64,000 bases of DNA from Clostridia bacterium (GTDB lineage: Bacteria; Bacillota; Clostridia; UMGS1883), in contig JBJDXJ010000046.1 in assembly GCA_051866635.1 (NCBI GenBank), positions 16,168-80,167 of the forward strand. Reading direction: 5' to 3'. Of the stretch, positions 46,824 to 57,593 are shown piece by piece. Position 1 is the first letter of the stretch; each line of letters begins with the position of its first letter. Below the pieces are notes generated by a model. It saw only the letters and a list, made by a program, of their open reading frames with translations. It made no database searches and was not told where the DNA came from. The translations under genes were made by a program, and so were the position numbers.

Positions 46824-49484
46824 TTACCTCATTTCACCAATTGCCAAGTCCATTTCGCCCATGGCATCACCAAAGGCTGACCAATCGCCGTTTTTAAACG
46901 CACTTTGCATTTTATCATAAGCTTCAATAACCTTTTCTGCCGCAGATTGTGCAATCTCCACATCTGTATTTGTAACAGGAGGCGTAACTTCACCTGATGC
47001 ATCAGAACCGAAAAGCACATTGAAACATTCATCCAAAGTTTCTCGCATTACAATTTGGTCGCCGTAGGATACTATTATACGCTTAACCTCTGGTACAGCC
47101 GCATTATTTGATGTTGTTATATATACAGGTTCAACATAAATTATAGAATCTGCAATAGGTATAACAAGCACATTTCCTCTTAACACCTGACTTCCGCCCT
47201 GATTCCAAAGGGATAATTCCTTTGAAATATCAGCATCCGCATCAATACGGTTTTCAATATGAAGGGTACCGTAAACTGTTCTTCCCGAGGGGAATTTATA
47301 GCTTATAAGGTTGCCGTAACTGTCTGCCGCAAGCCATCCCACAAGATTTTCCTTATTTGCCGGCACAAAAGGCATCATAAGCACAAGCTGGGCACCGTCT
47401 CTGCCGAAATCTTCAACTGACAGAAGATTATAATAAGGCTGAACATCAACGGCATTTTCGCCACGGTACTTTTCCTTTGCACGCATCCACAAATCGGAGT
47501 TTGAGTAGAATATTTCAGGGTCGTTCATATGATAGCGAAGGTATACTTCACTTTGCAAGTTAAATATATATTCGGGATAGCGGATATGACTTTGTAAATC
47601 TTTCGGAAGTCCTCCCTTTTCAAATACGCCGGGATATATCTTGTCATATGTCATAACCACACAATCGGTTTCATCAGTTATATAAACCTTGACTGTACCT
47701 TCGTATGCATCTACAACAGCCTTTGCACTGTTACGGATATAATTTACACCACCGTAGTTTTTAGAATAGGGCATATTTCGTGAATATGTGTACAAATCAA
47801 CAACCCATACAAGCTTGCCTTCATCTGTTATAAGAATATAAGGGTCAGAGTCAATTGCCATAAAGGGAACTGCCTTATTTACTCTTTCAAGTATATTTCT
47901 GTTTGTAAGAAGTCTGCTGGAGGAGTTTATATAACCTGATACAAGCATTGTGTAATCAGCGTATTTTGCACTAAAAAGCAAACGGTTGAACATATTCATT
48001 TCAATGCCGGACTTTTCGCCTTCATAGTTTGCTTCCACGTTTTCGTTATTAAGTGCATAGTCAAACTCGTCAATATCTGTATTAACTATACAGTAATTAT
48101 TTGTTTTTTCACCGTAATAAATTCTCGGCTGAGTTACATTTGGTGCACCCGAGACACTTGAAATAGGCATATCGCCTATTATAAAGTCAGGCTGGCCTTC
48201 CCTGTTCACGCTGTTTACCGCATTCATGGTAATACCGTAGCCGTGTGTATATTTGAAGGTTCGGTTAATGTAATTATTTGCATTTGTGTCAAGCTTTGTC
48301 ACATCCATTTCACGGACCGCAACATTGACTGCTGTATTTTTTCCGTCTACTTCATATTCCACAATATCGGAATCGTTAAACACGTAATAATTACGAATAC
48401 TCTTTGTGGAGTTTAACACATCCTCTGTGGCACGTGGGTCTGTGATTCGTATATTGTTTATTATGTCGCTTTTTTCGTTTAACACTTCACGTGTCAAATT
48501 ATTCTCTGCCGGGAATGTCCGTTCAGTAACATTATCAAGCCTAAAGCCGATTTTTGTGTACTCAATACTGTTTTTTATATAAGGTGATTCAAGCGTTGTT
48601 TCGTTAGGTGATACATGAAGCTCGTCAACACATACAGCCACAATATTCATCCCTATAAGAAGTACGGGGAATATGAGAATTGTCACAACAGTCTGTTTAA
48701 ACTTTTTTGCAAAAAGGAAAATGGATGCCAAAAGGGAAAGTGCAAAAAGTATATAAGGTGCCATAGTATAGAATGGCAAACGTATGTTAACATCCACATA
48801 TCCTGCCCCGGCAAATGTGTGGGACTGGTCCAAAAGAGTGCCCTGACCTTTGAAATAATAGGTAAAGCCTACTACAACACAAAGGATTATGGCATTTACT
48901 GCCAAATGGATAAATACACCGCTGTTTGAAATCACCTGTCCTATTTCCGCCTTGTCGCCTTTTGCAAGAAGTACAATATATATGATAAGGCTTATTATAA
49001 CAGCAAGGACAAAGACAGTAATCAAATTATCTGCCGCACTTTGGAGAAATTCCCTTTTGAAAAAGTAATAGCTTAAATCAAGATTGAACACAGGGTCTTT
49101 TATAGTGCTGTTAACACTGTTTTTAAAAAGAAGGTATTTACCGTAAAGTGATTGGGCAAATGCTCCTGCACCTATCACTGCCGGGATAAGAGACAGAGCA
49201 AAAATCCACTTTCTTTTAAAAAATGGAATGGTTTCATCCTTTAAAGACAAAACGTTACGCCTTATGACAAGAAGGTTAATTGCACTTACCCCATAGACAA
49301 CGGCAAATATTATTATAAACATTTCAACACGGGCAAAAATGTCCACAAAGAACACCTTTGTATATTCTTTGCCGATTTCCAAAATCTCAAGATATTCCGA
49401 ATAAAATCCCAAAAACACAATTGAAGCTATAAGAATAACTAAAACTACACTCAAAAGTTTAAATAGCCAATGCTTTTTCTTCAT
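46824..49484 (-). CDS. UPF0182 family large membrane protein
   Basis: About 885 aa, with seven N-terminal TM helices and a large extracytoplasmic domain. The size and topology fit COG1615/UPF0182. The start is chosen at the ATG at 49484, with RBS AGGGAG at an 8-nt spacing. Confidence 0.55.
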   Translation of the reverse strand: MKKKHWLFKLLSVVLVILIASIVFLGFYSEYLEILEIGKEYTKVFFVDIFARVEMFIIIFAVVYGVSAINLLVIRRNVLSLKDETIPFFKRKWIFALSLIPAVIGAGAFAQSLYGKYLLFKNSVNSTIKDPVFNLDLSYYFFKREFLQSAADNLITVFVLAVIISLIIYIVLLAKGDKAEIGQVISNSGVFIHLAVNAIILCVVVGFTYYFKGQGTLLDQSHTFAGAGYVDVNIRLPFYTMAPYILFALSLLASIFLFAKKFKQTVVTILIFPVLLIGMNIVAVCVDELHVSPNETTLESPYIKNSIEYTKIGFRLDNVTERTFPAENNLTREVLNEKSDIINNIRITDPRATEDVLNSTKSIRNYYVFNDSDIVEYEVDGKNTAVNVAVREMDVTKLDTNANNYINRTFKYTHGYGITMNAVNSVNREGQPDFIIGDMPISSVSGAPNVTQPRIYYGEKTNNYCIVNTDIDEFDYALNNENVEANYEGEKSGIEMNMFNRLLFSAKYADYTMLVSGYINSSSRLLTNRNILERVNKAVPFMAIDSDPYILITDEGKLVWVVDLYTYSRNMPYSKNYGGVNYIRNSAKAVVDAYEGTVKVYITDETDCVVMTYDKIYPGVFEKGGLPKDLQSHIRYPEYIFNLQSEVYLRYHMNDPEIFYSNSDLWMRAKEKYRGENAVDVQPYYNLLSVEDFGRDGAQLVLMMPFVPANKENLVGWLAADSYGNLISYKFPSGRTVYGTLHIENRIDADADISKELSLWNQGGSQVLRGNVLVIPIADSIIYVEPVYITTSNNAAVPEVKRIIVSYGDQIVMRETLDECFNVLFGSDASGEVTPPVTNTDVEIAQSAAEKVIEAYDKMQSAFKNGDWSAFGDAMGEMDLAIGEMR

Positions 49485-49505
49485 TATGTTCACTCCCTCT
49501 TTATT

Positions 49506-50618
49506 TTAGTAGAACAAGGCGTCTGCAAATTCCTGTGCATTGAATGGTTGCAAATCGTCAATTCCTTCTCCAACACCTACAAACTTCACGGGTATTCCTA
49601 ACTTTTCACGTATTGTAATTACAATACCGCCCTTTGCAGTACCGTCCAGCTTTGTAAGCACTATACCTGTAATCTGTGCCGCATTGTTGAATTCCTCTGC
49701 CTGAATGACAGCATTCTGTCCCGTTGTGGCATCAAGAACCAATAAAACTTCCTTTCTTGCACCGGGAAGCTCACGTTCAATAACCCGGTAAATCTTTTTA
49801 AGTTCGTCCATAAGGTTTTTCTTGTTGTGTAATCTTCCTGCCGTATCGCAGATAAGGACATCTGCACCCTTTTGTCTGGCACTTACACAGCCGTCAAAAA
49901 TAACTGCCGCAGGGTCTGCTCCCTCCTGCAGGCGGACTATCCTTACATCGTTTCTCTCTGCCCAAATCTCCAGCTGGTCTGCCGCCGCCGCACGGAAGGT
50001 ATCTGCCGCCGCAAGTACAACCTCCTTGCCTTCAGCCTTAAGCTTTGATGCCAATTTGCCGATTGTTGTGGTTTTACCTACACCGTTAACGCCTATAACC
50101 AAAATTACAGTGGGCTTTGTGTCAAGCATAAGTTTACAAGAGTCACTTTCAAGTATTTCTGCAACAATATCACGAAGCTCTTTTTTAACCTCTTCTTCCT
50201 CGTGAAGGTGCTTTTCCTTAACTCTTTGGCGAAGTCTTTCAACAATTTCAATACTTGTTGTCATACCTATATCGGCTAAAATCAAGGCTTCTTCAAGTTC
50301 TTCGTAAAATTCATCGTCAATTTTTTTGAATGATTTAAAAACATCATTAACCTTGTCGGAAATTGATTCTCTTGTCTTATCCAAGCCACTGCGGAGACGG
50401 GCAAAAAAGCCCTTCTTTTCTTTTGGTTCTTCTTCAATTTCTTCTGCGGTTTCTTTAATTTCTTCTATAACTTCTTCAATTTTTTCTTCTGCCGCTTCCT
50501 TAATTTCTTCTACAGCTTCTTCAATTTCCTCCTCAATTTCTTCTACTGTCTCCCTGATTTCTTCTACAGCTTCTTGTACTTCTTCTTTCTTTTTCTTCCA
50601 AAAAAGCATCTGAATCAT
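49506..50618 (-). CDS. ftsY: Signal recognition particle receptor FtsY
   Basis: An acidic repetitive N-terminal region precedes the NG domain. GTPase motifs are GVNGVGKTTTIGKLA, DTAGR and TKLD. Confidence 0.9.
   Translation of the reverse strand: MIQMLFWKKKKEEVQEAVEEIRETVEEIEEEIEEAVEEIKEAAEEKIEEVIEEIKETAEEIEEEPKEKKGFFARLRSGLDKTRESISDKVNDVFKSFKKIDDEFYEELEEALILADIGMTTSIEIVERLRQRVKEKHLHEEEEVKKELRDIVAEILESDSCKLMLDTKPTVILVIGVNGVGKTTTIGKLASKLKAEGKEVVLAAADTFRAAAADQLEIWAERNDVRIVRLQEGADPAAVIFDGCVSARQKGADVLICDTAGRLHNKKNLMDELKKIYRVIERELPGARKEVLLVLDATTGQNAVIQAEEFNNAAQITGIVLTKLDGTAKGGIVITIREKLGIPVKFVGVGEGIDDLQPFNAQEFADALFY
50400..50590 (-). repeat. Degenerate 24-nt tandem repeats encoding the acidic EEIxExxE tract of FtsY
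   Basis: The peptide reads EAVEEIRETVEEIEEEIEEAVEEIKEAAEEKIEEVIEEIKETAEEIEEE. The DNA consists of repeated ttcttcaatttc/ttctacagcttc units. Confidence 0.5.
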
Positions 50619-50624
50619 CCTTTC

Positions 50625-53600
50625 TTAAACTTCCTCATATTCTTTTACATCCTGAAGTGACATGGATAAAAGTTTACTTACACCCTTTTCCTGCATTGTT
50701 ACACCGTAAAGCAAATCGGCAGATTCCATTGTTCCTCGGCGATGTGTAATAACGATAAACTGTGTTGTATCTGTGCGATTACGCATATAATTTGCAAAAC
50801 GGTAAACATTTATATCGTCAAGCGCCGCTTCGATTTCGTCAAGCACAACAAAGGGAGACGGTGACACCTTCATAAGTGCAAAGAGCAGTGCAATTGCAGT
50901 AAGTGCCCTTTCACCACCTGACAAAAGGTTTATTGACAAAAGCTTCTTGCCCGGAGGCTGAACGTCTATTTCAATACCGCTTTCCAGTATGTTTTCCTTG
51001 TCCATAAGTGAAACAGAAGCCTTACCGCCGCCGAAAAGCTCTATAAATATTTCTCCGAAATACTTATTTATAACAACAAACTTTTCTTGGAATATGTCCT
51101 TCATGACAACAGTGATTTCACGTATCAGCTTTTCAAGGGAAGTTTTTCCTTCCTCCAAATCCTTCACCTGAGAAGATAAAAATTCATAGCGTTCCTTAAC
51201 TGAGTTATATTCTTCAATAGCATCAACGTTTACGTTGCCCAGTGCCCTTATGTAGCCCTTTAATGAAGCAATCTTCTTCTGTGCCTCCTGAATTGATTCA
51301 ATAGGTACATAACATTCCTTTGCGGCAGAGTATGACAGTTCATATTCGTCCCACAGCCTGTTGACTGCATTTTCAATATTATAGTCAATCTTGCTCTTCC
51401 CGCTTTCAAGTCTTACATTTTCATTCTGAAGGGCATATATGGTGTCGTTAAGTTTTCTTATAATTTCCCTTAACTCGCCCACTCTTTCATCGGTACCTGT
51501 TTTACCCTGTGCCGAGGCAATAAGCTTTCCTTCAATATCTTCAATTTCAAGTTTCAAAGCATCCTTATCTTTTTCAATGCCTGTTATAACTTCCTTAGTA
51601 TTTACAATATTCTGCTCAATTGCTTTCTTTGCTTTTTCCTTTGCTTCGTTTTCCAAGTTTATGGCATTAATCCTTGAAATTGTATTTTCCATCTTTTCGG
51701 CATTTACGTCAATATCCTTTGTAATGGTTGTAACTTCAAGCCTTTTTTCAAAAATTCTTGCGGAGAAAGCATCCTTTTTTTCCATTGCAAGAGATAATAA
51801 ATTCTGCTTTTCGTCTAATTCCCTTTCAGCCTTTTCAAGCTCTGCCTTTGCACTCTCAATTTCAAGAAGGTAACTACGCTTTAATTCTTCGTTGTTCATT
51901 ATTTTAAAGGCAATTTCGCTTTTTTCTTTATCAAGACGGTCAAGGCGGTCTCTTTCTTCTCTAAGTCTTTCATCTACCGCATTTTTTTCCGCCTGGAGAC
52001 GGGAAAGCACAATATCCTTTTCGGAAAGGGTTCTTCTTAATTCCTCCCTGTCATAAATAAGATCTTTTGTCTTTTCAGAAAGTGTATCAATTTCATCCTC
52101 CGCCTTTTCAGACAAATGAGAAAGTCTTTTAATTTCCTTTTTAAGCTCTTCTATTTCCTCACCTCTGCCAAGCACACTGCCGGCACGGTTTAAGCTACCG
52201 CCTGTAATTGAACCGCCAACCTGAAACACTTCGCCTGTCAGTGTTACAATCTTAAACTTGTATTTGTATGCCTTTGCAAGGCGGATTGCGTTGTCCTGAT
52301 TGTCCGTTACAACAACTCTGCCTAAAAGTGACTGAACAGTATTGTCAAGATAGCTTTCCCTTTCAACCAAATCAGCGGCAATTCCTATTACGCCTCTCTC
52401 CGACAAAACCTTTGTTTCGTTGTCAAGCCGTCTTTTTTCCTGGCTTGATAAGGGAAGAAACGTAACTCTGCCCAGCTTATGCTCCTTCAAGTAGTTTACA
52501 GCCTCTTTTGCATCCTGCTCGTCAGGCACAACCACATTCTGCATAGCACCGCCCAGGGCAACCTCTATTGCGGTGCTGTATTCCTTAGGCACAGTAATAA
52601 GCTTTGAGAAAATACCCGTAATATTACCTCTGTACCGTCCGTCCTTATGTGCATTAATCAAGTCCTTAACGCTTCTTTGGTAGCCTTCCAAGGCTCTTTC
52701 CATTTCTTCAAGCATTTTAAGTCTGCCCTGTTTTTCACCTATACGGGCACTTAACTGATTAAATTCTTCCTTTTTGTCCTCCGTTTGCTTTGAGAAATTT
52801 TCAGCATCACTTTGCAACTTTAAAAAGGACTTATTCAACTCAATTTTGTCCTCACGGGCAACTAAAATATCCTTTTCCAAAAGTGAGGACTGCTCATAAA
52901 GCCTTTTTTCATTGTCACGGCTGTTTGTAATGTCAACCTCGATGGAAAAACGCCTTGTTTCAATGCCTTCCTTCAATGCATCAAGACTGCTTGTTTTGTT
53001 TTCGCCCTCCATAATGGCACGCTCGGAGGCACGTATCCTTGTACGCACTTCTTCCAATATAACGCCCTTTTTCGCCATATCATCGGAAGCAACGCTTCCT
53101 TCCTGTTCCATCTCACTAAGCTCTTTTTGTGTCTTTTCAAGTTTAATTCGAAGCTCTTCCCCCTCATTTTTTATTTTTTCAAGGTTTAAAAGACTTTCAT
53201 TTTTAAGTTTTTCGTTTGCATTAATTTCCGCTTCTGAGGTTAATATATTATTCTTATAGTTTTCAATATTGTTATTTAAAATCTTCACTTCATTTTCAGC
53301 CTGGGAAAACTTTTCCTTTGTGCTGTCAAGAATTTCTCGCAATTCGCTTGTTTTTTCGTCGTTTTCCTTAAGGAGTGCATAAAGTGCATCGCTTTCCTTT
53401 TCGGCTTCTTCAAGATTTTTCTTTTCTCTTTCCAGATCTTCTGCGGCAGTTTTAATAAGCTCTTCAAATTTTTGAAGCTCTTCACGGTTTTTGTCAATAA
53501 TATCAACAGATGCACTTACCTCTATGCCTTTAAGCTCTTCACGGTAAGAAAGGTACTTTTTCGCCTTTTCGCTCTGCCGCTGCAGTGGCCCTACTCTGCT

Positions 53601-54197
53601 TTCCAATTCCTGCAATACGTCACGTACCCTCACAAGGTTTTCTTCGGTTTTTTCAAGCTTTCTTTCTGCCTCATCCTTACGGTGGCGGTATTTTGAAATA
53701 CCTGCCGCTTCTTCAAATACCTGACGGCGGTTTTCAGCCTTTGCACTGAGAAGCTCATCAATTTTTCCCTGTCCCACAACACTGTAACCCTCTCTGCCCA
53801 AGCCTGTATCCATAAAAAGCTCATGAATATCCTTTAACCTTACCTGTGCACCGTTTATAAGATATTCACTTTCACCGCTTCTGAACACACGCCTTGTAAC
53901 GGCAATTTCATTGTAGTCAGACTGGAAAAAGTGCGTTTCATTGTCCAAAACCAAGGTAACCTCCGCAAAGGACATGGGCTTACGTTTTTGCGTGCCGTTG
54001 AAGATAACATCCTGCATGTTACCGCTTCTAAGGCTTTTGGCACTCATTTCGCCCATTACCCAGCGAAGGGCATCGGAAATGTTACTTTTACCTGAACCGT
54101 TAGGTCCCACAATGCCCGTAACACCATTACCCACATCTATAGAAATTTTATCAGCAAAGGACTTAAAGCCCTGCATCTCTATTCTCTTTAAATACAT
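50625..54197 (-). CDS. smc: Chromosome partition protein Smc
   Basis: The N-terminal Walker A is GPNGSGKSN. Long coiled coils and a hinge follow. The C-terminal signature is LSGGERALTAIALLFAL plus Walker B VLDEIEAALD. The start is chosen at MYLKRIEMQGFKSF (54197), with RBS AGGTGA. Confidence 0.9.
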   Translation of the reverse strand: MYLKRIEMQGFKSFADKISIDVGNGVTGIVGPNGSGKSNISDALRWVMGEMSAKSLRSGNMQDVIFNGTQKRKPMSFAEVTLVLDNETHFFQSDYNEIAVTRRVFRSGESEYLINGAQVRLKDIHELFMDTGLGREGYSVVGQGKIDELLSAKAENRRQVFEEAAGISKYRHRKDEAERKLEKTEENLVRVRDVLQELESRVGPLQRQSEKAKKYLSYREELKGIEVSASVDIIDKNREELQKFEELIKTAAEDLEREKKNLEEAEKESDALYALLKENDEKTSELREILDSTKEKFSQAENEVKILNNNIENYKNNILTSEAEINANEKLKNESLLNLEKIKNEGEELRIKLEKTQKELSEMEQEGSVASDDMAKKGVILEEVRTRIRASERAIMEGENKTSSLDALKEGIETRRFSIEVDITNSRDNEKRLYEQSSLLEKDILVAREDKIELNKSFLKLQSDAENFSKQTEDKKEEFNQLSARIGEKQGRLKMLEEMERALEGYQRSVKDLINAHKDGRYRGNITGIFSKLITVPKEYSTAIEVALGGAMQNVVVPDEQDAKEAVNYLKEHKLGRVTFLPLSSQEKRRLDNETKVLSERGVIGIAADLVERESYLDNTVQSLLGRVVVTDNQDNAIRLAKAYKYKFKIVTLTGEVFQVGGSITGGSLNRAGSVLGRGEEIEELKKEIKRLSHLSEKAEDEIDTLSEKTKDLIYDREELRRTLSEKDIVLSRLQAEKNAVDERLREERDRLDRLDKEKSEIAFKIMNNEELKRSYLLEIESAKAELEKAERELDEKQNLLSLAMEKKDAFSARIFEKRLEVTTITKDIDVNAEKMENTISRINAINLENEAKEKAKKAIEQNIVNTKEVITGIEKDKDALKLEIEDIEGKLIASAQGKTGTDERVGELREIIRKLNDTIYALQNENVRLESGKSKIDYNIENAVNRLWDEYELSYSAAKECYVPIESIQEAQKKIASLKGYIRALGNVNVDAIEEYNSVKERYEFLSSQVKDLEEGKTSLEKLIREITVVMKDIFQEKFVVINKYFGEIFIELFGGGKASVSLMDKENILESGIEIDVQPPGKKLLSINLLSGGERALTAIALLFALMKVSPSPFVVLDEIEAALDDINVYRFANYMRNRTDTTQFIVITHRRGTMESADLLYGVTMQEKGVSKLLSMSLQDVKEYEEV

Positions 54198-54311
54198 TAT
54201 TTCACCTACTTGTGTAGTTTTTTCACGTGTATACACTATATCTATATTATTATACCTTAAAATCCTACTGATTTCAAGGTATAATTTCTCAGTCACAGCT
54301 TAATATATTAT

Positions 54312-55235
54312 TTAGTCTGCACTTTCCAGCAAACGGATATAATGATTTGCCTCACGCAGAACGTGATCGGCAAGCAATGGCAAAATTACAGACTCTATAC
54401 TGCAGTTTTGAATACCCATAGCTCCCGCCTGCTTAAAATCCCTAAACCGCAGTGTTTCCTCAAGGGAAGATTGTTTCAAATCGGACAAAGTCAAATCATT
54501 CTGTGTCCGGGCACTTTTTAAAAGAGAGTCATATTCTTCGGCAAAGCTGTCGGCAGTGTCGATAAGTGCATTTTCAGAGGGGTCTAACAGTCCGCGGATA
54601 AACATTGCATGTTCCATCATAATCCTGTTCCAGAAGCGTTCTGTGTCTTTCATGCAAGTATCGCAAAAAGTGCCGTTTTCAAGTTCGGTTACAAAGCTTC
54701 GGTACAGCTTTGCTTCACGTAAAATATGCTCAATCAGAAGAGGATAATTCATTGTAAACATATTACAACTGCGTACATTTTTCAGTATACTTTCCTTAAA
54801 TTCAATAAGAGCGTTTAAAAGCCTCATGGCAGTGCGGTTTAACATGCTGACACGGCTGTATAGCAGGGAATTTGGATTGTGAAAATCTCTCCTTCCTTTG
54901 AGACGGGCTGTATTACGGGTAATATTGGTGTCAATTCCGATACCTGTAAACTGTGCCGTCTGTCTTTCGGCATTAAGGGTAAATTCTGTAATTACTTCCC
55001 CTGAGTCGAGAACCTTCTGCCGCACTGTGTTTTGAGCAAGCTGCACCGTTTCCGCCAGCAGTTTTTCAAATTGCAGTTTAAACCATTCCGCCTTTTTTGC
55101 AAAGGAAGCGTTTGGCGGGGTAAAGCCTGCTTCCAAAAACAGAGAATGTTCCTTCATTATCCTTGCAAAAAACAGATGCAGCTCCAGTGATTGCACAATA
55201 TATTTATTTTTGTCCATCATTTTAATTCCTTTCAT
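54312..55235 (-). CDS. DUF2935-like helical protein with two internal repeats
   Basis: Two copies of a motif are present: ...MKEHSLFLEAG... and ...MMEHAMFIRGLLDP... with LREAKLY / LREANHY. It is divergent from the GH36 gene. Confidence 0.45.
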   Translation of the reverse strand: MKGIKMMDKNKYIVQSLELHLFFARIMKEHSLFLEAGFTPPNASFAKKAEWFKLQFEKLLAETVQLAQNTVRQKVLDSGEVITEFTLNAERQTAQFTGIGIDTNITRNTARLKGRRDFHNPNSLLYSRVSMLNRTAMRLLNALIEFKESILKNVRSCNMFTMNYPLLIEHILREAKLYRSFVTELENGTFCDTCMKDTERFWNRIMMEHAMFIRGLLDPSENALIDTADSFAEEYDSLLKSARTQNDLTLSDLKQSSLEETLRFRDFKQAGAMGIQNCSIESVILPLLADHVLREANHYIRLLESAD

Positions 55236-55362
55236 TTTTTAAATTCATTCCGCTAAACATTGTATGTAGAAATATAAAATACGTGCTTGCAGTGATATTT
55301 TCATTTTTCCTATTGCCTAAATTAAATGTTAGTATTATAATTTTACGAAAGGAGGCAATGAA

Positions 55363-57492
55363 ATGATTTGTTTTAAAGATAATTACTTCTTTTTGGAAGG
55401 AAAAGATATTAGCTACATATTCCGCATCAGCTCACAAGGTTATTTAGTTAACTGCTACTTTGGGAAAAAAATAAAAATGCACCCTACCTATATTGTACCT
55501 GAAAGGTTTTACTGCTGGCACTCATGGGGCGAGGACGGTGTGAAACTTGACGAAATACCACAGGAGTGTCCCACCTACGGCCACACTGACCTTCGTAGAC
55601 CCATGGTAAGCTTTAAAGGGGATATTTCTGTTTTAAAATACAAATCTCATGAAATATACAAAGGGAAAAAGCCCCTTAACAATCTGCCCTCATCTATTGA
55701 CGAAAAAGGAGAAGCCGAAACATTGGAGGTTTTACTTTACGACGATGTTCAAAATATTGAAGTAAAGCTTTTTTACACAGTATTTGAAACAAAAAATACT
55801 ATTGCACGCCATGTGGAAATCACAAATAAGGCACAAAAGGATTTAACAATTGACCAATGCTATTCAATGTGTCTTGACTTTGAGTATTCCGACTTTTCGG
55901 AAACACATTTTGCAGGCAGATGGGGCTTTGAGCGTGAAAAGATTACGGGAAAGGTAGTACGTGGTACACTTGACATAAACAACGCCCGTGGTGGCTCAGG
56001 GCATTTTATGAACCCTTATGTTATGCTCCATTCTCCCCATGCCACAGAAACAAGCGGAGATGTATATTCCTTTATGCTTGTTTATTCAGGCAACCACTCC
56101 ACAGTAATAGACACCGACCAAAGAATGCGTACAAGGGTGCTTCAGGGCATTAACCCCTTCGGTTTTGAATGGACATTAAAGGAAAATGAAACCTTTACAT
56201 CACCTGAATCACTTTTAACCTTTTCACACTGCGGATTCACAGGTGCCTCGCAAGCAATCCACAATTTTATAAAGGAAAACATAGTCCGTGGCTATTGGAA
56301 GGATAAGCCCAGACCGATTTTGATAAACAACTGGGAAGCTACATACATGAACTTTAACGAGGAAAAAATTCTTTCCATCGCTTCCCTTGCCAAGGATTTG
56401 GGTATTGAATTATTTGTCCTTGACGACGGATGGTTCGGTAAAAGAAATAACGATGACTGTTCCCTTGGGGACTGGTATGTAAATTATGAAAAACTTCCAT
56501 CCGGCATTGAGGGTATTGCCGAAAAGGTTACTGACATGGGTATTAAATTCGGATTGTGGTTTGAACCTGAAATGGTTAACCCCGACAGCGATTTATACCG
56601 TGCCCACCCCGACTGGGCAATACATGCAGAGGGCATATCCCCTGCACTTTCTCGAAACCAGCTTGTTTTGGATATGTCACGCAAGGATGTACAGGACTAC
56701 GTTATTGAAAGCGTTGTTTCTATACTGAAAAGGGCAAAGATAAGCTATGTAAAGTGGGACTATAACCGTTATATTACAGATATGCCGTATTTGGGCTACA
56801 ACCATGCATACACACTTGGTATGTACCGTGTAACAGAGGAAATAACCCGGGCGGTACCCGAAGTTTTATTTGAAGGTTGCAGTGGCGGTGGCGGAAGATT
56901 TGATGCAGGCATACTCTGCTATATGCCGCAAATCTGGACAAGCGACAATACAGACCCTGTTGAACGCATTTTTATCCAATATGGTACAAGCTTCGGCTAC
57001 CCGACAAGTACAATGGGCTCCCATGTTACCGCATCTCCCAACCACTACACGGGAAGAAAAACAAGTATGAAAACACGTGGCGACATTGCACTTTCAGGCA
57101 ATTTCGGTTATGAGCTTGATATTACAACACTTCCCAAAGAGGACTTGGACCAAATAAAATTACAAGTTGAGGAATGTAAAAAGATACGCTCACTTGTTCA
57201 GTACGGTGATTTTTACCGTTTATCAGACCCCTTTGAAGGAAATATAGCTGCTTGGCAGATAGTAAATTCAGATAAAACAGAAAGCTTTTTCTGTGGGGCA
57301 AGAATTCTTTTTAAGTCAAACGTATATTTCCCCGTAATAAAACTCAGGGGACTTGAAGAAGGCGCTTTGTATAAGGACGAACACACAGGCAAAATTTACT
57401 CCGCAGATGAGCTGATGTACCGTGGATTATTTATTGACTTCCCCCACGGAGATTTTGCAACTTATACAATGCATTTAACTAAGATTGTATAA
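55363..57492 (+). CDS. Alpha-galactosidase (glycoside hydrolase family 36)
   Basis: GH36 blocks are present: LDDGWFGKRNNDDCSLGDW, KFGLWFEPEMVNPDSDLY, KWDYNRYI, CSGGGGRFD and WTSDNTD. Confidence 0.85.
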   Translation: MICFKDNYFFLEGKDISYIFRISSQGYLVNCYFGKKIKMHPTYIVPERFYCWHSWGEDGVKLDEIPQECPTYGHTDLRRPMVSFKGDISVLKYKSHEIYKGKKPLNNLPSSIDEKGEAETLEVLLYDDVQNIEVKLFYTVFETKNTIARHVEITNKAQKDLTIDQCYSMCLDFEYSDFSETHFAGRWGFEREKITGKVVRGTLDINNARGGSGHFMNPYVMLHSPHATETSGDVYSFMLVYSGNHSTVIDTDQRMRTRVLQGINPFGFEWTLKENETFTSPESLLTFSHCGFTGASQAIHNFIKENIVRGYWKDKPRPILINNWEATYMNFNEEKILSIASLAKDLGIELFVLDDGWFGKRNNDDCSLGDWYVNYEKLPSGIEGIAEKVTDMGIKFGLWFEPEMVNPDSDLYRAHPDWAIHAEGISPALSRNQLVLDMSRKDVQDYVIESVVSILKRAKISYVKWDYNRYITDMPYLGYNHAYTLGMYRVTEEITRAVPEVLFEGCSGGGGRFDAGILCYMPQIWTSDNTDPVERIFIQYGTSFGYPTSTMGSHVTASPNHYTGRKTSMKTRGDIALSGNFGYELDITTLPKEDLDQIKLQVEECKKIRSLVQYGDFYRLSDPFEGNIAAWQIVNSDKTESFFCGARILFKSNVYFPVIKLRGLEEGALYKDEHTGKIYSADELMYRGLFIDFPHGDFATYTMHLTKIV

Positions 57493-57593
57493 TTTTTTAA
57501 AAAAAATTACACTTTTTTCAAAAAAGTACTGGATTTTTTTCAAAAAAAGTAGCATAATGTATTACAATATGAAATTTTAAGGAGATGTTCATA

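Noticed and set aside
50400-50590. Regular short repeats that look superficially like a CRISPR array
   Set aside because: They are in-frame codon repeats inside ftsY encoding an acidic EEIEE tract. There are no spacer-like unique segments and no cas genes.
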